From: an uncultured Clostridia bacterium
GTDB taxonomy: Bacteria > Bacillota > Clostridia > Peptostreptococcales > Anaerovoracaceae
Direction: 5' to 3'
Length of the DNA stretch: 64,000 nt
NCBI GenBank assembly: GCA_938049335.1
Contig: CALIYX010000009.1
Span: 127,258-191,257 of the forward strand
This document shows, piece by piece, positions 57,028-64,000 of the stretch (position 1 is the first letter of the stretch; the number at the start of each line of letters is the position of its first letter). Position numbers and translations under genes: made by a program. Below the pieces are notes generated by a model, which ran no database searches, had not been told where the DNA came from, and saw only the letters and a program-made list of their open reading frames with translations.

Positions 57028-58365
57028 CTAACTTCTAAGCTTCTCAATCTCCTTCTTGAGATAGAATGGCTGTATTATGCAGTACGGTACTATTACTAGG
57101 ATATTTGACAGCACAACTATGATCCAGGCATTTGGATAGAGCATGGTTCCAAAATAGACAACACTATATTTAACAATGACTCCTATGCTGTAGCAAATGC
57201 ATAAAACCATGACCTTACCAAATCCGTAGGCAAAGGTCTCCTGAACTGACTGAAGCATCATGATGCTTCCGTAGACTGCAAAGATAAGCGCATAGCTATA
57301 GTCCACCTGAATTGCATGATCGCCTAGCCATATGTTTACGACAAACTGCATAACTGCAATTATACAAAACTCCCCTATGACTCCAACTATTACTGCAAGA
57401 TTAGCTGTCTTGTATATCTTCTTCACCCAAAGGTAGTCTCTCTCTTCCTGAGCCTTTGTAACCGCAGACCATACAGGAGTAAGCGCAAGCGCAAACACAG
57501 TGCCTGCCATTGAGAAAAGCCTATAGTATATCGAGAAGTAAACCTCATACTTAGGTGATGTAAACTTTGTCACTAGATAGTCATCTGTTAGCAAGATCAA
57601 AAGGTGGAGTATCTGAGTCCACAGAAACAAAATTCCTATGTTTATAGTCTTTGTTGCTGCTTCCTTCTCAAAGTATTTAAGACTAACGCCACAACCCTTG
57701 AGCTGCTCATCTCTAAATGCAACTAGCGTCACAGCTATGTATAGGATATTTGAGCTAACTACAAATACAATCGCAAGCCTTATAAGGTTATCGCTTATCG
57801 ATGAAGAAGGTAATAGTAGTACCGCTAAAAACTGAAATAAGGATGTCAAAAAGGCTATCATATTGTTCACTGCAGACTTCTGCAGTGCATATAGAATATA
57901 GATTACGATTTTAAAAACAAACTGTAATATTATTCCTACATAGATGATTTTTACCGTAGTTGCTAGAGTTGCCTTATCTACGACCGATTCTGATATATTG
58001 AAAAAAATATTCCAATCAACATAACCTAGAGCTATCGTGCCGATTCCAAGTAGAACCAGAGCTATGACTGTAATCATTATGTACGCCGACGAGATATATG
58101 TCTTTATCCTCTGTTTATCTCCCCTTACGAATTCTCTTGTCAGGCAATTTCTGAGTCCGTTACCTATTCCAATATCGAACATGAATATCCAGTTTGAGGT
58201 CGATAGAATCGTAAACCAAACTCCTAATACTAGCTTATTCTCAAAAAATCCCATATAAATAGGCAGAGAAAAGAAAGATAACAACATACCGAGGCCTTTA
58301 AACATAAAAGCTCCGGAAATGTTCTTGAATAAAGCTCTATCGCTACTACTCTTTAATATCTTCAA
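57028..58365 (-). CDS. Second oligosaccharide flippase (Wzx/MOP family)
   Basis: A 445-aa polytopic protein. Its N-terminus resembles the polysaccharide biosynthesis protein family. Confidence 0.6.
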   Translation of the reverse strand: MKILKSSSDRALFKNISGAFMFKGLGMLLSFFSLPIYMGFFENKLVLGVWFTILSTSNWIFMFDIGIGNGLRNCLTREFVRGDKQRIKTYISSAYIMITVIALVLLGIGTIALGYVDWNIFFNISESVVDKATLATTVKIIYVGIILQFVFKIVIYILYALQKSAVNNMIAFLTSLFQFLAVLLLPSSSISDNLIRLAIVFVVSSNILYIAVTLVAFRDEQLKGCGVSLKYFEKEAATKTINIGILFLWTQILHLLILLTDDYLVTKFTSPKYEVYFSIYYRLFSMAGTVFALALTPVWSAVTKAQEERDYLWVKKIYKTANLAVIVGVIGEFCIIAVMQFVVNIWLGDHAIQVDYSYALIFAVYGSIMMLQSVQETFAYGFGKVMVLCICYSIGVIVKYSVVYFGTMLYPNAWIIVVLSNILVIVPYCIIQPFYLKKEIEKLRS

Positions 58366-58388
58366 AATTAATTCTCCACCCTATTTTT

Positions 58389-59519
58389 CTAAATTATGCT
58401 AGAATAAGCCTCACTTATCTGCTCGGATATAGTCTTAGCACTAAACCTCTCTGATATATCCTTAGATATCTTCTCATGGTTGTATCCCTTTGCGTTTTCG
58501 TGCATAAACCTCATAGCTTCCACGAGTTCATTTAGGCTATCCCGCTCTATCAAAAGGCCGTTTTCCTCACTGACAAAATCCTCTGGCCCACCACACCTAG
58601 TTGCTATAACCGGAAGTCCTGAGGCAATTGCCTCTATGTATGCAAGTCCAAAGGTTTCACTCTTTGATGTGAGAACAAAGCAATCTGCCAAGGAAAGCTC
58701 CTCACAGATTTTCTTTCTATCAATTTTACCTAGCATTCGCACATGACTTGATATGCCATACTTTCCTATTTTCTCTTCTATAAAAGCTCGCTCCTCACCA
58801 TCACCAGCGATGGTCATGCTTAGATTTTTTCCTTCTTTGATTAGCTCAGCCACAGCGTCGATAACAAGGTCTATTCTTTTGTTAGGCGTTAAATTTGCCA
58901 CAGTAATAAAGCTGAAAGGCTTGCTCTCGCAGCCCATAGCATCCTCTGCCCTAACCTTAAAAATATCTGTATCCACTATATTACTTATGCATATAGGCTT
59001 AACCCCAAAGAGCTTCTCCATCCTCTGGCAAAGCGCTTTACTAACCGCAATTACAAGGTCTGCCTTCGCGTACATGCTACCATATTTTTGAATTTGAGCG
59101 CTTGTGAGTTCTGTATTTATGAACGAAGAATGCTCAGTTATAACCTGTTTATATCTTCCATCCAGCGCCTTTTGTGTCATATAGCTTATATCAAAAAAAT
59201 GCGAGTGAACTATGTCAGGCTCGCCATGCTTTGATATAGCATGCTTTAGAAGTTTCTTGAGACCGAGAGTTCCAATACTTATCAAAACAGGCTTAGGGAC
59301 TGCACCTACAGGCACATTCATCTCCTCAACCTTGATTCCATCTCGCTCATAGCTTACGAGTCCCCAGCTTCGCTTGCGACGAAAAGATCTTAAGTCAAGG
59401 GATAGCACCAAAACATCATGCCCCGCCTCCGCCAGCGCCTTGGCTTGATCGTGTTCAAAAATTCCCAGAGTTTGGTTGTTTTCGCTAGGTACACCCCTTG
59501 ATACAATAAAAATCTTCAT
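58389..59519 (-). CDS. Glycosyltransferase family 4
   Basis: A 376-aa GT4 protein. Confidence 0.55.
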   Translation of the reverse strand: MKIFIVSRGVPSENNQTLGIFEHDQAKALAEAGHDVLVLSLDLRSFRRKRSWGLVSYERDGIKVEEMNVPVGAVPKPVLISIGTLGLKKLLKHAISKHGEPDIVHSHFFDISYMTQKALDGRYKQVITEHSSFINTELTSAQIQKYGSMYAKADLVIAVSKALCQRMEKLFGVKPICISNIVDTDIFKVRAEDAMGCESKPFSFITVANLTPNKRIDLVIDAVAELIKEGKNLSMTIAGDGEERAFIEEKIGKYGISSHVRMLGKIDRKKICEELSLADCFVLTSKSETFGLAYIEAIASGLPVIATRCGGPEDFVSEENGLLIERDSLNELVEAMRFMHENAKGYNHEKISKDISERFSAKTISEQISEAYSSII

Positions 59520-59540
59520 CTCTTGCTCTCTTTGCTAAGA

Positions 59541-61379
59541 CTAATTTCTCTTATTTTCGGTAATTCTATAGGTCTTGCAAACTCCCTCGACCATGCCCTT
59601 GATGTTTCCGTCATTCTTCTCAGATTCTCGAATAAGCGCATCTAGGCTTGTCAAAAATTCTTCGTCATCCATCTTGATAGGCTGACCAACAAATATCATA
59701 TTGTTTTCGGTCTTGTTAAGCCCCTCTTCATCCATCAAAACTTCCTCATAAAGCTTCTCTCCAGGTCTCAACCCCACAACCTCTATCTCAATGTCCTCAT
59801 GAGGTCTAAAGCCCTTCATCTTGATAAGATTCTCCGCAAGTTCATATATCTTTACCGGCTCACCCATGTCAAGAACAAAGATTTCTCCACCCTCTGCAAA
59901 TAAGCTTGCCTGAAGTACTAGAGAAACTGCCTCAGGTATGGTCATAAAGAATCTTCTAATGTCCTTATGTGTAACTGTAACTGGGCCACCTTCTTCAATC
60001 TGCTTGAGAAATAGCGGAATAACTGACCCGTTGCTTCCGAGCACATTTCCAAATCTGACAGCCGAGTATCTCGTATGCTCAGATTTACGTGCATAAACCT
60101 GAACTATCATCTCACATATTCTCTTGGATGCCCCCATGACATTCGTAGGTCTTACTGCCTTATCGGTCGAAATCAAAGTGAAATTATCAACAAGATATTT
60201 ATCGGCAAGCTTAACCACATTGAGTGTTCCTAGGCAATTATTCTTGATTGCCTCATTAGGAGAATCCTCCATCAAAGGAACATGCTTATGTGCTGCAGCA
60301 TGATAAACGATCTGAGGTCTATACTCATAAAACAGTGCGTCCAGTCTATCGTAGTCTCTAATAGATCCTATCAAAGTTATAATCTCTGCATATGGGAAAT
60401 GTCTCTCAAGCTCCATCTGAATCTCATAGGCGTTGTTTTCGTAAATGTCAAAGATGATAAGTCTCTTAGGCTCATATCTTATAACCTGTCTACAAAGCTC
60501 AGACCCAATTGAACCACCGCCTCCAGTTATGAGCACGGTCTTATCTTTGATAAAATTATTGATGCCCGTAGCATCTACCTCTATCGCATCTCTTCCGAGC
60601 AGGTCCTCGTAGCTTATCGCTCTAAGCTCTCTAACAATCGAAGAAGAAAGGCTCTTAGCAACCGATGGAAGAATCTTGACAGGAAGCTTGGTTTCCTGGC
60701 AAATAGCGATTATCTTCTTGATATCTTCTGATGCAGCAGATGGCATTGCAATGATAATCTCATTTACATTGTATTTCTTTACAGCACGCTTAACATCATC
60801 TCTAGTTCCTACAATTGGAACGCCCATCAGCATTTTGCCCCTCTTGTTTACATTGTCGTCTACAGCGCAAACAATCTTGGATGTTGATCCTGTCTTGTTG
60901 ATATCCTTAATCAAAATCGAAGCAGCTGAGCCAGCACCAATTACAAGAATAAATTTGTTTATCTTGCTGTCACCGTAGGTTCCTCTAATACTTCTATATA
61001 GCTGCTTACTGAATCTTAGCACAGCAAACATAAATACGATTGCAATGAAGTGCATAGGGTAGTAGCTTCTCGGCATGTCGTACTGCATGAGCACGTGGAA
61101 GGATATTATCAAAGCCTCTATAACAAAAGATGCTCTAAATATATCCATTAGTTCCTTCATAGACGCGTAGCTCCAAACTCTGTTATAAAGCCTGAAAGCC
61201 AGCATAATCGCTATAGTAATAGTGATGTAGACAGGAGCAGAACGCAAAACATAGTCTAGGTATTCAGCTGGAAGCTCTCTTATGTCAAATCGCAGCGCTA
61301 TAGCAAATAGGGCGCCAAGCTCTACTATGACCGCATCCAAAACCATCAATACTGCAATTCTTAAATTCTTGCTATTCAA
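59541..61379 (-). CDS. Membrane-bound UDP-GlcNAc 4,6-dehydratase (PglF/CapD/WbpM family)
   Basis: A 612-aa protein with four N-terminal TM helices followed by two Rossmann folds (GAGSAAS and TGGGGSIGSEL). Confidence 0.75.
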   Translation of the reverse strand: MNSKNLRIAVLMVLDAVIVELGALFAIALRFDIRELPAEYLDYVLRSAPVYITITIAIMLAFRLYNRVWSYASMKELMDIFRASFVIEALIISFHVLMQYDMPRSYYPMHFIAIVFMFAVLRFSKQLYRSIRGTYGDSKINKFILVIGAGSAASILIKDINKTGSTSKIVCAVDDNVNKRGKMLMGVPIVGTRDDVKRAVKKYNVNEIIIAMPSAASEDIKKIIAICQETKLPVKILPSVAKSLSSSIVRELRAISYEDLLGRDAIEVDATGINNFIKDKTVLITGGGGSIGSELCRQVIRYEPKRLIIFDIYENNAYEIQMELERHFPYAEIITLIGSIRDYDRLDALFYEYRPQIVYHAAAHKHVPLMEDSPNEAIKNNCLGTLNVVKLADKYLVDNFTLISTDKAVRPTNVMGASKRICEMIVQVYARKSEHTRYSAVRFGNVLGSNGSVIPLFLKQIEEGGPVTVTHKDIRRFFMTIPEAVSLVLQASLFAEGGEIFVLDMGEPVKIYELAENLIKMKGFRPHEDIEIEVVGLRPGEKLYEEVLMDEEGLNKTENNMIFVGQPIKMDDEEFLTSLDALIRESEKNDGNIKGMVEGVCKTYRITENKRN

Positions 61380-61404
61380 AGCTGTTATTCCTCTCTTCGC
61401 CTTA

Positions 61405-62478
61405 CTAGAACTCGCCCTTCATATCTGTTGAAGCAAATTCCTTAAGCGGGAACTTAACTGGGGCCGCAGTCTTCTGGCTCTTGTAGATTGAAAGCACAAC
61501 CTCAAGCGCATTTCTTCCTGCAACAGCGTCAACATATGGCTTTCTGTCGTTTTCTATAGCGTCCATCACATCAGCAAATAGGCTTGTGTGACCATTTCCG
61601 TAAACATTGCTTGTCTCTTCCTCAAGGCCTTTGTTTTCCTTATCCTCTTCAGTCTCAACAGCAAAGTCCCAAACATCTATATTGTTCGTTGAAGTTCCGC
61701 CAATCTTGACAGTTCCGTTCTCTCCGAAGATGTATAGAGTTTCCTCAAGGTTCTTAGGGTAGACATTTGTTGTGCCCTCAATAGTTCCGATTGCGCCATT
61801 CTTGAACTTGATAACAGCCATTCCAACATCCTCAGCCTCAAGGTAGTCGTGGAACTGCTGTCTTGTTGCTCCGTAGATTTCCTCAATCTCATCACCCATC
61901 ATCCATCTGAGAAGATCGATACCGTGGATGCACTGGTTCATCAAAGCACCACCATCCTGTTCCCATGTACCTCTCCATGGAGCCTGCTCATAGTATCCTG
62001 CGTTTCTATTCCATCTAACATGGATTGAACCGTGTGAAAGCTTACCGAATCTGCCTGATTCAACAGCCTTGCGAAGTTTCTGAATCGCAACATTAAATCT
62101 GTTCTGGTGGCATGCGCTAACCTTAACATTCTTCTCCTCTGCAAGATCGATGATCTTATTAGCATCCTCTATGCTCATAGCCATAGGCTTCTCTATTATT
62201 AGGTTTACACCCTTATCTATACAGTGCAGAGCTATCTCAGCATGTATTCCGCTTTCGGTTGCAATACTTACAAGCTCAGGCTGCATCTCCTCAACCATCT
62301 TCTTGTAGTCAGTGTATCTCTTGATAGATTCATCCTTCTCAAGACCATACTTAGCAAGAAGCTCTTCCATCTTCTCCTCAATGACATCGCAAACAGCAAC
62401 AATCTCTAGCTCGTTGTTAATAGCTGCCTTCATGTGGTTAACTGCAATTCTTCCGCATCCTATGAGCGCGTATTTCAT
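61405..62478 (-). CDS. Gfo/Idh/MocA-family oxidoreductase (first gene of the glycan operon)
   Basis: A 357-aa protein with N-terminal IGCGRIAVNH and RBS CAGGAGGATTTTATC-ATG. An upstream extended -10 (TGgTATAAT) is present. Confidence 0.6.
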   Translation of the reverse strand: MKYALIGCGRIAVNHMKAAINNELEIVAVCDVIEEKMEELLAKYGLEKDESIKRYTDYKKMVEEMQPELVSIATESGIHAEIALHCIDKGVNLIIEKPMAMSIEDANKIIDLAEEKNVKVSACHQNRFNVAIQKLRKAVESGRFGKLSHGSIHVRWNRNAGYYEQAPWRGTWEQDGGALMNQCIHGIDLLRWMMGDEIEEIYGATRQQFHDYLEAEDVGMAVIKFKNGAIGTIEGTTNVYPKNLEETLYIFGENGTVKIGGTSTNNIDVWDFAVETEEDKENKGLEEETSNVYGNGHTSLFADVMDAIENDRKPYVDAVAGRNALEVVLSIYKSQKTAAPVKFPLKEFASTDMKGEF

Positions 62479-62673
62479 GATAAAATCCTCCTGAAATCAT
62501 ATATAAAATCTTGTAATACAGTTTATTATCCTAGCTTTTGCCCATCAAAATGAGCCCAAAATTAATTCTATCTATTATACCATATATACGCCTCAAATAA
62601 AAGTCCGCAATCCTTAAGAAATACAATACTTATATGACTTTTTTTGTTCAAAATACACAGTCTAAAATCAAAA

Positions 62674-62705
62674 GCCCTCCCTACTGTTCTCACAGTAAAG
62701 AGGGC
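62674..62705 (-). terminator. Rho-independent terminator after the CWB2 gene
   Basis: On the minus-strand RNA the hairpin GCCCUCUUUACUGU-gaga-ACAGUAGGGAGGGC is followed by UUUUGAUUUU. Confidence 0.55.
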
Positions 62706-62751
62706 CTGCAAAATCATCCTATTTTGATATTAAAAATTTACAGATAAAACA

Positions 62752-63996
62752 TTAGTCGCCAATTATGCTTATAGCGGTATCTGTGATCAAACGACTGCCT
62801 CCTAGCACCAGCAAATCCTTTATAGAATTTGCTTTTACATATTCCCTTGCATAGTCAAAGTTGTTCTCGTTTATCAAAATCATAGGTGCACCGCGCCTTT
62901 CTGCAAGAACTCCTCCGCAAAGACCATCAGGGAAATTATCACCATAGCTCAAAACAACACTATTTGGTTTATTGAAGAAGTATTTAGCGATGGCTATAGA
63001 CGTCTCATATCTATCAGCTCCAAATACTCTAGTAGTATTTCCCATTGACTTAAGCCAGCCTTCTGTCGCGCTACCTATGGTTCTATATCCACCGATAATT
63101 GCGTATTTTCTACTGTTTATGCCCTTCAAAAAAGCCTTCTGTTCATTGCTCAATGCATCTCCAACTAGAAGAATAGGTCTTCCCGAGGCCGATGCCGAAA
63201 GGCTATCTGCAAAGCCATATCCCGAGCACACAAGTATCTCCTCGTTGTTTACATTAGCCTCCTTGAGTATAGCTAAATTAGTTGCAAAGCGGTCATCTCC
63301 AGAGATTCTTTTAACAGTAAAATTGCCTGATAGTCGAGTTCTCATATACTCTGGAACTACACGTGTCCCGCCTATTAAGTACACCTTGTTAGCCTTGCTT
63401 GCGCTGAGGTTTTGATTGATATAGTCAATCGCCGCCTCCATATTGTGCTCGTTCACAAGTAGAAGCGGAGCATTGTTTATCTTTGCTAAATAAGCGCCAG
63501 AAAGTGCATCGGCATAGTTGTCACCATTAGCCACAACTGCAGCGCTAAACTTGTCAACATTCATACTCGCCTTTAGTTCATTTGCAACCCTAAGAGATGT
63601 CTCATAGCGGTCGCTACCAGCTATTCTCTTGCTCAAAGTTGACTTATTAAAAACAAGAGTAACCGAACGAATCTCAAGATACTGTTTCTTACCCTCAGCC
63701 TTAAAACGTGCATAATCCGCACCCGTCAAAGTGTAAGTAATATCATCGCTTGGGCTGTTGCTGGCCCTTCCTGACTGCACATATTTCACAGTTCTCTTAT
63801 ATCTATAGTCAAGGCTTGAAATCTCAATACCGCTATCCGTTCTATACTTCTCCTGATATCCTATTTCACCGCTTCCTGAGCTTCCACCCGCAAACTTCAG
63901 CTTGCCTGATATTCTCAAAAGATCAAGCACGTGAGTCCTCATATCTCCATACGCAAGTTCAACAATAGGATTTCTTGATGAGTTAGCATCACTCAT
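62752..63996 (-). CDS. Cell-wall-binding repeat 2 (CWB2) surface protein, likely N-terminally partial (continues beyond window end)
   Basis: Three CWB2-like repeats are present, with the recurring elements GSDRYETS, NGDNYADALSG, RISGDDRFATN, GYGFADSLSAS, GADRYETS and YGDNFPDGLCG. The visible N-terminus has no signal peptide, and the frame stays open to the window edge. Confidence 0.6.
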   Translation of the reverse strand: MSDANSSRNPIVELAYGDMRTHVLDLLRISGKLKFAGGSSGSGEIGYQEKYRTDSGIEISSLDYRYKRTVKYVQSGRASNSPSDDITYTLTGADYARFKAEGKKQYLEIRSVTLVFNKSTLSKRIAGSDRYETSLRVANELKASMNVDKFSAAVVANGDNYADALSGAYLAKINNAPLLLVNEHNMEAAIDYINQNLSASKANKVYLIGGTRVVPEYMRTRLSGNFTVKRISGDDRFATNLAILKEANVNNEEILVCSGYGFADSLSASASGRPILLVGDALSNEQKAFLKGINSRKYAIIGGYRTIGSATEGWLKSMGNTTRVFGADRYETSIAIAKYFFNKPNSVVLSYGDNFPDGLCGGVLAERRGAPMILINENNFDYAREYVKANSIKDLLVLGGSRLITDTAISIIGD

Positions 63997-64000
63997 ATTT

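Noticed and set aside
61677-62165. Two minus-strand ORFs of 72 and 74 aa in an alternative frame inside the Gfo/Idh/MocA gene
   Set aside because: They overlap a well-supported CDS in another frame and have no independent signals.
1-64000. Search for tRNA or rRNA genes, CRISPR arrays, transposases or integrases
   Set aside because: None were seen. There are no cloverleaf-like conserved tRNA motifs in the intergenic regions, no direct-repeat and spacer arrays, and no DDE or tyrosine-recombinase-like ORFs.

Overview
This 64 kb window is low-GC Firmicute (Clostridia-like) DNA, and almost every gene lies on the minus strand. I read five blocks.

1. **Lysine fermentation (1-11.7 kb).** The cluster holds an AtoE-type short-chain fatty acid transporter, kamE/kamD (lysine 5,6-aminomutase), a MutS-like ATPase, a P-loop NTPase, kamA (lysine 2,3-aminomutase) and kdd (3,5-diaminohexanoate dehydrogenase). 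A sigma-54 activator follows, and its sensor region is a full-length degenerate Kdd paralog. kal (3-aminobutyryl-CoA ammonia-lyase) is divergent on the plus strand.

2. **Type VII secretion (11.7-25.9 kb, more AT-rich).** A T7SSb locus runs esaA-like, esxA (WXG100), essA-like, esaB, essB, essC. Two small helper genes and a large LXG-type polymorphic toxin follow. Three tandem paralogous LRR lipoprotein genes and a 5' remnant of a fourth come immediately after; these are candidate surface-exposed immunity proteins.

3. **Housekeeping (25.9-30 kb).** rluB-like pseudouridine synthase, the SCIFF radical-SAM maturase plus the 47-aa SCIFF precursor (missed by the ORF track), and glnS.

4. **Type I toxin-antitoxin candidate (30.0-30.4 kb).** Unannotated: a 31-aa Fst-like hydrophobic peptide ORF with a strong RBS, convergent with a ~65-nt antisense sRNA driven by a consensus extended -10 promoter. 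They share a bidirectional terminator, and a 12-nt direct repeat makes the sRNA complementary to the toxin SD and start codon.

5. **Oxidoreductases, amidase and a glycan locus (30.4-64 kb).** A GlpA-like/FAD oxidoreductase/DUF1667 trio and a cell-wall amidase with CW-binding repeats precede a ~27 kb cell-surface glycan locus. The locus carries PglF/E/D/C-like and WbpA/B/E-like pathways, three LpxD-like acyltransferases, two flippases, a Wzy-like membrane domain fused to a GLCE-type uronyl C5-epimerase, and several GT4 enzymes. It ends next to a partial CWB2 cell-wall-binding protein.

No tRNA/rRNA, CRISPR or transposase was seen.
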